Shown here: piece after piece, positions 12,621 through 25,475 of the stretch
Layout: each line of letters begins with the position of its first letter
How positions within the stretch are numbered: position 1 is the stretch's first letter
From: Trypethelium eluteriae
Lineage: Eukaryota
Length of the DNA stretch: 34,869 nt
Reading direction: 5' to 3'
NCBI GenBank assembly: GCA_051942245.1
Contig: JAVECL010000223.1
Span: 1 to 34,869, forward strand
Position numbers and translations under genes: made by a program
Notes under the pieces: model-generated
Databases searched by the model: none
The model's input: the letters and a program-made list of their open reading frames with translations, nothing else
Told to the model about the DNA's origin: nothing

Positions 12621-13733
12621 ATGGCAGGACCACAGCGGCCCCGATGGGTCTTACATGTCCAGGCCCAATTCTGGAGAGCCTTAATGGCCATCGGCATGCT
12701 ACTCCATCGGCTAGCTGCTCCCCGACCTCCTGCTCCTTCCTTTACCCGCAGAATACCAGCCAAGATATCCCCACGACAGGGTGAGATAACTCTGCACTTC
12801 TATGTTCCGAAAGACTACGACGTCCACCGAAAGCTAGATGATAAAAAGTATCCCGTCGTTATCAACTTTCATGGAGGTGGTTTCACTCTGGGCACTGCTA
12901 CAGATGACGCTCGCTGGGCCAGTGCTGTAGTGAGGGAGGTGAATGCTGTCTGTGTGAGCGTCGATTATCGCCTCGCCCCCGAGCATCCCTTTCCTACAGC
13001 CGTGGAAGATGGCGTGGACGCCGTAATCTACATTGCAGAACATGCTGAGGAGCTGGGGTTGGACGAGAATAGGATAGCCCTAAGTGGGTTCTCGTCAGGT
13101 GCCAACATGTCATTCACAGTACCTCTTCGGCTGCAAGAAGAGCTTGAGGCTGAGAATCTGGAGATAGAGGAGATGAGTCGCAGTACATCATCATCAACAA
13201 CCAAGGCAATGAACTCTGGGAAGACACTGGTACGATCACAAAAGAATATCAACATCGCGGCAATCGTAGCGTGGTATCCCCCTACAGACTACACGCAGAC
13301 GCGCGAGCAGCGACGGCAGACATGTTCAAGAATGGATCAAGAATTGCCTGCGTTATTTACAGATCTGTTCGACGAGTCCTATCTGCAGCCGCCCACGATG
13401 GACATGAGCAATCCATACTTGAGCCCGGGTGTTGCTCCCCTTTCGATGCTGCAGGAATTGCCGCAAGATATCATAATGTACACGTGCGAGTGGGACATGC
13501 TACTGGCAGAGGGTGAAAGATTCAAGCAACGACTGCAAGATGAAGTCAAGAAGCACGTCATATATCATATGGTTCCGGGCGTTCCTCACGGCTGGGACAA
13601 AGCGCCCAATCCAATTAAGCCCACACCGGGCGTCCAACAGCATTACTATCAAGCTTGCAAGGAACTGCGACGGTGTTTGAAGGGTGAGCGGAGGCTTTCT
13701 GCTGGGCCTAGGATGTCCATGTCGGTGACTTGA
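12621..13733 (+). CDS. Alpha/beta hydrolase, HSL (Abhydrolase_3) family esterase/lipase
   Basis: HGGGF oxyanion motif, VDYRLAPEHPFP, nucleophile elbow GFSSG, putative Asp (EWDML) and His (PHGW). First ATG 12621, 370 aa, no intron. Confidence 0.9.
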   Translation: MAGPQRPRWVLHVQAQFWRALMAIGMLLHRLAAPRPPAPSFTRRIPAKISPRQGEITLHFYVPKDYDVHRKLDDKKYPVVINFHGGGFTLGTATDDARWASAVVREVNAVCVSVDYRLAPEHPFPTAVEDGVDAVIYIAEHAEELGLDENRIALSGFSSGANMSFTVPLRLQEELEAENLEIEEMSRSTSSSTTKAMNSGKTLVRSQKNINIAAIVAWYPPTDYTQTREQRRQTCSRMDQELPALFTDLFDESYLQPPTMDMSNPYLSPGVAPLSMLQELPQDIIMYTCEWDMLLAEGERFKQRLQDEVKKHVIYHMVPGVPHGWDKAPNPIKPTPGVQQHYYQACKELRRCLKGERRLSAGPRMSMSVT

Positions 13734-13842
13734 GAAGCCGGCTTTATCCATTTGCTTGACATTCGAATGAGTTCTTTTTTAATATGGTACATATGGTGTG
13801 AATGTAGTATATTAGCGGAGCATGTAATAGATTCGGCATTAT

Positions 13843-15608
13843 TCAGGTGTCTCCCCACAGCAGTTCTGCATGCACAATTGAAGGAACCTCCTCGTACTGA
13901 GTGCCCTGCCACCAAGCAGGTAGTGGCATCTTGTGCCACGCCCGTACGAACCGTTTTGCTTCTACCTCTGTCTGAAACGCAACAATCCATTTGTGGAACA
14001 CCTTGGCGTGAATGTTCGTCTTGACCTCCTCTTCCCTTCCCTCCAACCACTGTTTGTCCAGTAACTGTTGGTGTAACTCGCCATGCATACTAATTGCTAG
14101 CTTCAATTCCGTCACACCAGCATCCGGACCTGGCAACGTTGCCCAGGGCAATGCCCGGTTGACACCATCCTTCGATATCGCGCCACGCACATCATAGACT
14201 GTCGGCTGCGGACCGTTGACGTGCAGTAACACTTCGTGCCCTCTCTTGATGGGTCGTCGCATCAACTGATTCGCGTCTCCACGTACCGCCTCGGATGCCG
14301 TCCATTCCCTGAAGGGCTGATCTTCGAGACGGATATCTGGGTTAACAGAAGGTGGATAGAGAGCATAGCTTTGCATTTTAGCGTGGGCATCTTCACCATC
14401 GATTGGGAATCCGGGTGGTGGAGGGATCATGGAAATCAAAGATGTTGGGGTATGGGTCGTGGACAGTTGGTGTAGCCGTATCACTTCGGTCCGGTACGCT
14501 TCAGCAGACGCAAGTGAGGAGAACACGAGGCAGTACGACTCGTCACGCTCCAGAGTCGAGGGATTGCGGCCTGGGATGACTGCAGTAGTATGATTTAGCT
14601 TTCAACCGGCAACAGAAGATGATGCTGGGTTCGACTTGGCTTACTTCGTTCAATCCTCCCTAGATCTTGTTGCCATCCCTCAATGTGTCGACCTCCTGGA
14701 CTGACTCGTCGGAAGTCACTCTCTAAAAGGTATTTGCTTGATCCATAAAATCGCAGTACCACTTCTTCTTGATTCTCCCGAGTTTGTCTGCGGCGGTCTT
14801 TCAGGACAGGAAGAGGGTCATTCTTGCCCTTCGGGATAGTAGATTCAATACTAGGAGGACGAACCGGCTCTATAGGCAGCCGGGGAATATGTCGCTCTGG
14901 TTTTGAAGTAGATTTTGGATCTGCTGCTTCCGGAAACAATGCTTCTAGGAGAGACTTCCCTGAGTTAGGACTTGGACTTGGATTTGGATTTGGATTTGGA
15001 TTTGGATTATTGTCATGCCGCACGACAGCTGCTTTGGTAGCTCGATCTTGTCGAGCACCGCGTGGCGAGCCTCCTTCAGACACATTTCTGATCCCCGATG
15101 TCGCCCTTGCCGTGGGAGATCGACGTCTTGGTATTGACTTCTTGGAAAGACTGTCTTGAGAGAGGTCAACCTTCCGAACTAGCCGTGATCCGACAGGACC
15201 GTTGGGACCAAGTCCCGAAGTCGAACTGTGACTAGCGAAGCCATCGTTTTGAGGTATGACGGATCCAGCGTTTGTGTCGGTGAACTTCCCCACTAGCTTT
15301 CTTTTCTCCGAATTAGGAGAACGTCGAGAACTCCCAGTAGTCCAGGCAGGGTGAGAAAGACCATGCCTTACTTTAAAGGAGCCGCTCTGCTTACGCGAGC
15401 TCCTTGCTCGAGTTTCTGGGTCATTTCTGGGGTTTGGGACAGACCCTACGTAGCTCACTCTCTTGAAAAAGCTCCTTCTTGACTTTGATGCAAGTGCTGG
15501 GAGCTTACAAGTCCTTGGGGGCCTCAGAAGATGTGGACTTTGAAAAATTTGTCGGTCGATTCCAGCTGACTGTAAATGCAGACCTTGACCCCATAGCTGC
15601 CAGAGCAT
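13843..15608 (-). CDS. Hypothetical fungal protein, possibly mitochondrial (about 566 aa)
   Basis: Exons 15608-14645 and 14579-13843 (intron GTAAGC...CAG) join in frame (IER-I-IPGRNP). Basic, low-complexity N-half; ordered C-half (SLLEALFPE, HIEGW, WIVAFQTEVEAKRFVRAWH). Confidence 0.75.
14968..15008. repeat. Coding hexamer microsatellite (GGAYTT)n encoding an Asn/Ser-Pro repeat
   Basis: GGACTT x2, GGATTT x4, partial GGATT; on the minus strand encodes NPNPNPNPNPSPSP. Confidence 0.9.
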
Positions 15609-15970
15609 CAAGCATGACCTTGAATCGACAGATAGATACACAGCAGGACTTATCCTACTAGAGATTCAATCGTGGAAGAGGAATGCCGTGAGTGTTGATG
15701 GGTTAAACCATGGAATTCAGAGTGTCAAGGTATGATTCCAGGAGAAATTCGTGGTGGTCCGTGCACTTCGTCCTGGTAGACTTACCTAAATGAATCAGTA
15801 TCGTAAATCAAACACAAGCAGCTCAACCGAAGACTTGGTAGCAGAACTGCGACACCGAATTAGGTAATTGCCAAGTTATCATTAGAGTCTCCTCAGTCGA
15901 GAAGGATCTTCATAGTCTTGTCGACTTTCTTCATGCATCTTGAACAAAGCACATCGAGATTCTCAGAATC

Positions 15971-18207
15971 ATGGGTGAAAGGGCCCTCTTCTCCCTCCGG
16001 CCATTGGCCTCGGAGAGTCCGGAAGCCTTTCGCGTTCACTTGACTAGCAATGACCTCACAAGCTTGGGTCTCAGACCTGGTCAGCTCTGCATTTTAAAGA
16101 ATGTCGATGGAGGTATGAGGGGTGTCGGAATCGCCTGGCGGTCAACCGACCCAGGAATGAAGAAGGGCATTATCAAAGTGTCTCACTTTCTAAAGGATGC
16201 CTATGGCTTAAATTTCCAACAATCGACAATCGTTGAAGCGGGCGGGCAATGGCAAGAAGTTGATCGGGTTCTCATACGAGATATCACTGAGCCTTCGAGC
16301 GGTCATGAGTCGATCGACCGTGCAGAATGCGAGCTTCTGACTCGATACGCGCTATGTATGTTTGAAAAGTACACCGACGAAGCAAGACTGAGTTTGTTTC
16401 AGATAGGCTGAAAGCTGTATACCCGGGACTCACGTTTGACCTTTCTCCCAGAGAAGGTCGAAAACAGCATTTCGTCATTGATGCCATTGAGCCTTCACGA
16501 CAGACTGGGGAAAGTCTATCTCTCTATTCGTTCACTTCGAAGACCGTCATCGGATTGACCGATCAAATAGTTTTTGAACCCCAGCAAGACACTCTCGTTG
16601 ACGCAATACAGCTGCGGAAGGACGCTGTTCCTGCCATCGCCCATCAGATACAAGAACTTAACCGGATCTTAAGACATATGACTCTGTCGGGACCTTCGAC
16701 GACCCTGGGAAAGGGTGTACTTCTTCATGGCCCGGCCGGCGTCGGTAAGTCACTTTTGCTTGATAAGCTGTCGGAAGCCCCGTGGAGAAAAGTGATGAGG
16801 ATCTCGCTCCCGGCCACTAAATCCGCCATTAGCAGCGCGTTCAAGGAAGCTGCGGAATGTATGCCTAGTATGGTTAGAATAAGCAACTTGGGTTCCATTG
16901 CTGGACCTTCCGAGATGGGAGGCCGATCAGGCACTGCCCAACATCTCGACGAGGAAATGGCTAATATCAGGAACAAGCGAGTTCTAGTAATTGGAGAGAC
17001 TCGTCGCCTTGATGAGGTTGATAGTTTCCTCAGAACCTCATATCGGTTTCGTACAGAGATTGAGATCCCCGTACCTCACGTCTCAGCTCGAAAAGAAATC
17101 TTGAAAGCCTTAAGTCTTGGCACTGTTAGTCCAGACCTGTTGGAACGAGTTGGTGAGGGAACACACGGCTACGTAGGGGGTGATCTCTTTGCACTCATCG
17201 ATGAAGCTACTTCTTCAGCCATGGACAGAAGACTCAATGAGCAGGAAGGCTTGGATTCGCATGATACTACAAACAATGCAACGAAGAAAGAACAGTCAAA
17301 AGCAGACGTAGGTGATGTACACCTCATAGAAGAAGATTTCGAAAACGCGAAATATCGTGTACGACCGTCAGCAATGCGAGAAGTTTATCTGGAGACTCCT
17401 AACGTGAAATTCTCTGATATTGCAGGTTCTGAGGAGGTGAAAGAACAACTCGAAAGTGTTACACAGTGGCCATTCAAACGAACAAAGGGCATGGCCCATT
17501 TTGGCGTCAAACCTCAGAAAGGGCTTCTTCTTTACGGTCCACCAGGCTGCTCCAAGACCCTCACAGCTAAGGCACTGGCAGGTGAAGGGAACTTAAACTT
17601 CTTATCTGTAAAAGGCAGTGAACTCATCAGCAGTTATGTCGGGGAATCAGAACGTGCAATCAGGGACGTCTTCCGGAAAGCTCGTGGGGCGAGCCCCAGT
17701 ATATTGTTCTTCGACGAAATCGAATCCATTGCCGCCGATCGGAGTAGCTCGGCGCACACAAGTGGCCTGAATGTGGTGACCACGCTGTTAACAGAGATGG
17801 ACGGCGTTGAAGCTCTCAAGGGGGTCCTCATACTAGCGGCAACGAACAAACCTGAATTGTTAGATGAAGCACTGATGCGTCCTGGGAGATTTGATGAGAA
17901 ACTCTATGTTGGACCGCCAGAATTGGCAGCGAGGAGGCAGATACTTGAGATGAATACGCGGAAAGAGGCTTTACATGGAGAGGTGGATCTCGAAAAACTT
18001 GCTATGTTGACTGAGGGGCACTCCGGCGCGGAAATCGTGCGAATTTGTGAGAAGGCAGCGCAGCTTGGTCTCAGAGACTGTAAGGATCCGGATGACATTG
18101 GATACATCTATCAGGCGCATTTTGACAAAGCATTACGGGGTATTCCCCCATCCATTACGTCCCAAGTTAGAGAAAGGTTCGAAAAATGGGCGAGGCATGA
18201 ACTGTGA
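15971..18207 (+). CDS. AFG2: Type II AAA+ ATPase, Afg2/Drg1 (SPATA5)-like 60S biogenesis factor
   Basis: Exons 15971-16355 and 16403-18207 (729 aa). D2 has the Afg2-type Walker A GPPGCSKT, pore loop YVGESE, Walker B ILFFDE and SRH AATNKP...LMRPGRFD. D1 has GPAGVGKS but other motifs are degenerate. Confidence 0.82.
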
Positions 18208-18253
18208 AATTTTTTGCTGTCTTCTATGATGAATCTGTACAAACATGAGCTAT

Positions 18254-21200
18254 CTACTTTTCCTTCGACGCATCTGGAATGACCTCCGGCGCCTTGGGAA
18301 CTTCGACACCATCGATGCTCCATTCCATCCCGATGTAGCCGTCACTCAGCACCAAGACATCCATCACCCTCGACGCCTGACTTTGCGGCAACTTGATCGT
18401 CGCCTTCGCGATAGTCTGGCTTCCCTTCGGATGCTGCGATACGCCGGTGTTCATCCATGAGACTCTCTTCAGCGCAACCACATTACCACGGCCAGCTTCA
18501 GAGACGAGCACGAAGAATCCTTCACACTGCGGCTTCGGAAATTTGGGCGCATACATGCGATGTTGCTGATCCATCGGGACGTTCTTGCGACGTAAATTCA
18601 CCGTCAAGCTCATGGCATTGATTTCGGATGTATTCAGCGCGAGACTGGGAAGATGTTGGATCGCCTTCAAAGCCGATCCAGTATCAGAGAAGCCAACGTC
18701 ACGTAGAGTGCGTTCTGCTTTCCCTCTGGGAGAAGAAGCTATAGTCTCCAAAGAGACGGGCTTAAGCGAAGTCTCGGTTTGGTGGTCCTTCCCAATACCG
18801 GAACGAAATCCAGGCAGAATTGAAAGTGGATGGTCTTCTGGCCATCTTGCAGACTTGACGCACTGGAGTAGTGTCATCATCATACGGCAGCTCGAAAACA
18901 TATCAAGCTCGGCGAGCACATCGATGGCTGCCTGGATGATACGAATGCTCTGATCTAGAACCGAATTTTGATCCCCAACATAATCAGTTATCGGGAGGTC
19001 CACACGTGAGAAATGTGCTTGTAGTAGTAGGAAGGCCTTTACATGAGGATCATGCATCGGTAGAGATAAGTTGCCTGCTTGAAGAGGTAAATTGCTGGAG
19101 AGTTCAGCATTGATAAGATCTTCATTGTGCCGAACAGGCAGATCGTCGTATTCCGCCGCACAAGACACCCACGACAGTGCGCCTTCAAAGCTGCCGTCGG
19201 GTCTCGCATGTCGAAGTAAGTGCCGAATCGTCTTGTGAGATAGGTAATAGTAACTCATAATCTTTCCCATCGGCGTTGGATCTACGTCACCATTCGGTTC
19301 AATCGTCACGCAGCCTGATTCTGCAAGCTCAGAGAAGGAGTTGTCAACCATCTCGATCATGTATTCTTGCGCCATCTGCTGCGCTGCAATGGTGTTATGT
19401 TCTTCCGCTGAGATCTCGAGACCGTAGAAAGATGGATTCTTGTGTAGTCTTCGAAACAGAAAAGTCCAAGTCAAGTAATCTAATGCATCCTGCTTGGTTG
19501 CAATAGTCTGCGCCGACACTTCGGCTGCAAAATGGTTATCGAGGACTTCATGCAACGATGACTCCACTGGAAATCCAGTATGTAGAAAGTGCTTGTAAAA
19601 TTCCTTCTTGGCATCTTGAGTAAAGATTCGAGCAATGCCTGAAGAGTCGAATTGTGGGCGGCCTGCACGGCCCAGCATCTGAAGGACATCGGTGAGATCC
19701 ATATCTTTATAGCCTTCTATCTTTGCATCGAAGAATTGTGTGCCCTTGACAACCACAAGATGGGCTGGTAAATTGACACCCCAAGCCAATGTACTCGTTG
19801 CGACCAGGATCTGTATCTTGTTGTTTGCGAAGAGTTCCTCGGTCAATTGCCGATCAGACTCGACTAAGCCCGCATGATGCAATCCAATCCCAAAGCTAAG
19901 AGCTTCTCTTAACGCTTCGTCTTTCACTCTGGATAAGTTGAGTGCAAGATCGTCCTCAGACATGCCCACAAACCTGCGAGGGTCATCTTCACTGCCACAG
20001 TAATTGATGAGATCCCTAGCAGTCAATCGAGTCTGTCGTCGAGAGGGAACGAAGACAATGACAGGCTTGTTTGGTGAATGGGCTTTGATTGCAAGGAATG
20101 TTGGCCGATTCATAGACTGCATCAAAGGGCAGAATCCCCTCATCTCAGGGAAGCCGTCGATATAAATCTCGAGTGGGACCGGTCGTACAGAGTGGCGAAA
20201 GTTGAACAAGCCTTCTTTCACTCCGAGCCAATTCGCAAGGTCCGCTGCATTGGCGCATGCCGTCGACATTCCGACGATGCGAACAGTACCCTTCTTTTGT
20301 GAAGCGATGTAATTCATTCTCGAAACAATAATCTCGAGAATTGGACCACGATCGCCTCCAAGAAGGTGGATTTCGTCGATGATGACAAGACTCACTCGCT
20401 GTACATAGCTACGTGTCTGCCAGCTTCGGCTAATACCATCCCATTTTTCCGGAGTTGTAATAATGATATCTGCATCCCTGATGCTGCGGGTATCTGGCGT
20501 GTTGTCTCCTGTCAGTTCAACAAGCTTCAAACCCAGAGGCTGTGCGAGGCGTCGACCCCAATCTTGAACGCGTTCTCGGACCAGAGCCTTCATTGGGGCA
20601 ATGTACACTATTTTAGAACCCGGTTTTTCCCTAAATGCCCACCACATGCTGAGTTCGGCGGCCAGTGTTTTTCCACTACCGGTGGGCGAGCCAAGGAGTA
20701 CGTTTGCCGAGGTGTGATACATGCAGTGAAATATCTGAGTTTGCATAGGATTGAAAAATTGAAAGCGTTGTCCATAGATGTCTTCGAGGGGTGGATTGCG
20801 AAGTGCTGAGATTGGCAGCGGCTGGAGCGCGAGCAGGTCTGTATATATGCTTTCCGTGTCTGGCCGAATGAGGTGTTGAAATGACACTGGTGTGACAGTC
20901 TCCGCTCCGAGCCATCGATCAGAAACCGCTCGTACGTAGATTTGGGATGGGATGGGATCCGAAAGTGGTATGGTGAAATTAAGCTCGTGAGTTGCGTAAA
21001 GCTTTTTCCGGCTGAGAATGAAAAATTCATGATGGTATATTTCAGAAGTCTCTGAGTTCTCGACCCAAATCCAATATGACTCGGAAGTGCCGTGATGTCT
21101 GTCATTCCAGCGAAAGTCAGGGGTCAGGAATAGATGTACACGAAGTACGTCTCGGTTGAGGGGTGCAATTTCAGCCTCCACGCTAATTGTGGGAAAGTTG

Positions 21201-24200
21201 TCAAGTAATTTCCCCAATACTTTTCCCATGCTGTTGTTGTGGACAAGCTGACCAATCTCTGCGGAGTCCATATCGCGGAGGCCATCAACGGAGGACACAG
21301 AACCTTTCTCATCTAGGTTTCGGAGAACTGGCTGAGGAAGGTCGAACTGGTGGAAAGGATGCTGAAAAGCCCAGACTTGCTTCTCAATCGACTTGCACAT
21401 AGAAAGCAAGACCAAGCACTGGTATCCCCAACGCCGATTGAGCGCCATCATGAATAGCGCTCGACAGATTCTTGCGGCATTTTGTGCCACGTACGCAGAG
21501 TCAGAGACTAACGCAAAATCGTCCAGTCGAGCTCTTGAGATATATGATTGTAGCAGAACGTTTGTCTTTCCGTAGGCTGTGCCTATGCCGCCTTCGATAT
21601 CGCAGGGGCAAATGTCGTTCTTCAAATGAGACAGCTCTTTCTCCTCATTTTCTCTGCTTTGGATATTGTCGAACTCGCCACTCATGCTAATCATTTTTAG
21701 GACGTCTGCTTCGGTGGCATGAGGCCGCATCATCGTATTGAAAACCTCGATGCTTGACTGAAGAACATAATATTGGCTCGCAATTCGACCAACATCCTTT
21801 GCTTTTAGCTCTTCCGTGGTCTCATTGAAGATAACCATTTGACTCTTTTGTAAGGTCCGGGCGGCCTGTATGACTAGATCTCGTCTGCGTTGAACAAGCT
21901 GTGGGTCATTTTGCATCTCTGCCCAGTCGATTCCATAAGCCATGGGGTTTCGGCGCATTCTTACGAATAGGTAGGAATATCCAATCCATTGGACGGCTTC
22001 TGATACGGAAGTGACGGTGCCTAGGGCTATCTCGGCGTTTAGATTGTCGACAAGCTTTTTGGAAAATCTGGACTCAATAGGTTGCTGTTGGGTCACGGCG
22101 CTAAGGTAATGCTGTAATTTGTCCTGAGTCGTGCATATGAAGCCGATCCCACTATCCTGAAACTGAGGGCGGCCGGCTCGACCAAAGATTTGAAGAACAT
22201 CAAGGATACCCACATCGACAAATTTACCCTCCTGGGCACTGTACAATTGGGTACCTTTGATGATGACGGCCGCTGCAGGAAGATTGACTCCCCAAGCAAG
22301 TGTTGCAGTACAGCACAGTATCTTCAAGACACCTTCAGCAAAGAGGCGTTCCACGAGATTTCGGTCTGATCTAGCCATGCCAGCATGATGAGTGCTCATG
22401 CCTTTTGGAAGTAACTCTCGTAATTCCCTCCCTTTAGAAGTCTTCATTTCACGGGCGGCGCGCTCATATCCTTGATGATTGCTGGGATCGAAAAGATCTG
22501 TACACTGTTGATCGGTGGCCATTTCGTATAGGTTCTTCGCTGTTTTCCAAGTGTCTTTTCTCGAGTGCACGAACACCATTACTTGGTGTCCTAGTTCAAG
22601 CATAGCTTTGACTTTCTCAAAGGCTACAGTTTCGAGATTTTCTTTTGAGATTTTTGTACCTGGCTTTCCCTTTACACCTACAAAATGTTGCTCAAGTGGG
22701 ACAGGTCTGAATGAAGCATCGAAATAGAACAGACCCATCATGCGGTTGACTTTCAAGAAATCGGCGATATCGATATAATTCGGTAGTGTCGCAGACAAGC
22801 CAACAATCCGAATCAGAGATTGCGTACTTTCCACCTGTCTCTCAGTCCTTGCAACGAGCGATTCCAACACCGCACCACGTTCGTCGTGAAGCATGTGTAC
22901 TTCATCAATAATCAGAAGGCGAACTTTCTGTACAAGCTCCGTATCACCGGTACTTTTGCGAGTGACAACGTCCCACTTCTCAGGTGTCGTCACGATGATT
23001 TGGGTTTGTATAATCTCGGCTTTCGTTAGATGCATATCTCCAGTAAGTTCTCGGACTTGGATCCCCAGCCAGGCAAGACGTTTCCCTAGCTTTTCAGTTA
23101 TTTCCGCTGCAAGAGCCTTCATCGGCGCCACATAGACAATCTTGAAATCCTCAGTCTGGACCACGATGTCGTTATCACTCGAAGTAAGGTCGGACGTTGA
23201 GTGGAGGTTTTTGGCAATGACACTCAGTATCGTGAGCATTGCTGCGTCCGTTTTGCCCTTTGAGATGTTAGATTACATGTCGTGCATGTTCTGTAGGGTT
23301 CATAGTAATACTAACCGCTCCAGTTGGGGCGCATATGAGCATGTTCTCATTAGTTCTATATGCAACAGGAAATACTAGGCTCTGCATTCTGTTTAAGGTC
23401 TTGTATCCCTTGAAAGTTCCTTTGCATAACTCGTCCATATCCTGGATCTGTACGAGCTGCTCGCCAGCAGCAAGAGCACCAACACGGGAAGCGGGTATAC
23501 TGAATTCCTCGTATTTTCCATGGTCCTTTTTTTCACTTCCAGCAGGTAAAGCAAATTTCTGGCCATAGGCCGAGAGAACATTGCCGGCGGTCTTAGCGCC
23601 GTAGATATGAGGGTATTGCGGACCGCCGCGGTCAATACTGGGCTGTAACGCAGCAGTCTTATGCTCGTAGTCTTGTTGACGCAAAGCTTTCTCTCGCTCA
23701 GCCCGACTCAAGAGCCTTGTAGGTAGTTGGTCGTTCGATTTTTGACTTTTCGCGGAGTATAATACCTGGTCGCGATGGCTCACTAAAGTAGAGACCAGGT
23801 CGAGCTCATTGAAGCCAAGGATATCAACAATGCCCGTTTGGAGATCTTCGTCGTTATTGCGGAGGATCTCGAGCAATTGTTCTTCGAGTACATAGGCGTC
23901 CAGACCGCTTGTTTGAGAAGCCAGTCTCCTGCACTGACCTTGAAGCCACCCTAAACTGAAATCAGCCTCACCATCAACGACGCTGGCGGTAAATCCGTTG
24001 AGACTTGGTGATCCGACGTTGCTCGAGCTAGACACCTGATCACTGTCGATAAGATCCCACAAATCGTCTTCAGCAGCAGAGCTCGAATTGGTAAAATCGT
24101 CATCATCAAGTGGAAAATCATATCCATAGGGTTTACTTCCCTCAGCATCTTTTGGTAAATTCAGTTCAGCGATGGCGGCGCGCATGGCGTTGAGCTGAGC

Positions 24201-24239
24201 TAGCCATTGCGATTCTGCTGACTCTAATGCGGGAGACAT
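18254..24239 (-). CDS. SLH1: Ski2-like tandem-cassette helicase Slh1/Rqt2 (ASCC3/Mug81 ortholog)
   Basis: Exons 24239-23316 and 23257-18254; the intron splits Walker A APTGA|GKT; 1975 aa. Two helicase cassettes (DEVH and DEIH; QIFGRAGRPQF and QMLGRAGRPQF), each followed by a Sec63-like domain. An intact second Walker A (SPTGSGKT) favours Slh1 over Brr2. Confidence 0.92.
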
Positions 24240-24638
24240 CTTTGCGACAGGTCGGAGCTATGGCAAATTTCCTGAGTCCAATGTTTTGCAGGGTATAATT
24301 GCCTCACAAAGTGCGAAAGGGTGGGTTTGAAGTCGCCACCGAGTCACTAAGGTAGATTATCGTAGGACTCTTTAGGTCAAATATCAGACCTCATCGTCAC
24401 AGCGGAGGGAAAGTCAGGCCGATGCCCGCTCGCCTCAACTTACCGCTCTGACGTCGCCTTGTCCCTGATACCTGTAACGCACCTCCTGTCATTTGCCTCA
24501 TACAATACCTGTGGACCTATTCTAGATTCAATCTCGGACTCGTGAACTCCGCCGGATACTCATTTCTCAGACCCTTGACATCTACGTTCATCACACTACT
24601 CATCACAGCTAACCTACCCCTCCGTTTGCTCGTTCGCC

Positions 24639-25475
24639 ATGAAGATTCTGTATATTGGAGTAAGAATTCTATGCCATACAGGCATCCGACTTGATTTTAT
24701 GACTAAATGCTCGAACAGATCTTGAAAAATGAGCAGAAGCCAGCGGTAGAACTCTGTGCCGAGAGGGATTTGAGCAGCTATTCGCGCTTTACTCGCTCAA
24801 GGCATGTGCTTGAGCTCCGTCCATTTAGGGAATACTCTGAAGATTAAGCTAACGGAGAACCTTTGCAGCGTTGGGGAGTTTATGTCACTATTCAGCAAGA
24901 CGGTAGCAGAGCGAACCAAACCAGGGCAACGACAGGATGTTGAGGAGCAGTGTAAGAAGCAATAGATCTGTGCTTTTGCTTTCCAACGCTGACAATAATT
25001 CAAGCCTATACATTCCATGCCTACGGCCGTTCCGAGGGGATTGCGGGCATCATCATTAGCGATCAAGAGTACCCGGCGCTTGTGGCTCATCAGCTCCTGT
25101 CCAAGGTCGTGGACGAATTCCTCACGAAATATCCTCGCTCGGCCTTCGCAAGCTCGAATCAAGAATTACCCTTCCCTGCACTCAAAGAGTACATTGTAAA
25201 ATACCAAGATCCCCAACAAGCCGACAGTATCATGAAAATTCAGAAGGAGTTAGACGAAACAAAGATTACACTACACAAGACAATTGAGAGTATGCTGGAG
25301 AGAGGAGAGAAGATTGACAATTTGGTGGCTAAGAGCGACGGACTGAGCGCGCAGAGTAAGATGTTTTATACCCAGGTAAGCTCTCAATCATCATATTTGA
25401 AGTAGTACGTGATCAGCTAAATTATAGTTCCTGTCATAGGCGAAGAAACAGAACTCTTGCTGCACTGTGATGTAA
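24639..25475 (+). CDS. YKT6: Longin R-SNARE Ykt6
   Basis: Exons 24639-24659, 24719-24801, 24869-24951, 25005-25375, 25440-25475, giving 197 aa. FSKTVAERT, LERGEKIDNLV, C-terminal NSCCTVM* prenylation motif. Intron 2 is GC-AG. Confidence 0.96.

Noticed and set aside
18254..24239. Assignment as Brr2
   Set aside because: The second cassette retains intact Walker A, DEIH and motif VI, and the N-terminus is not Brr2-like; fits Slh1/ASCC3.
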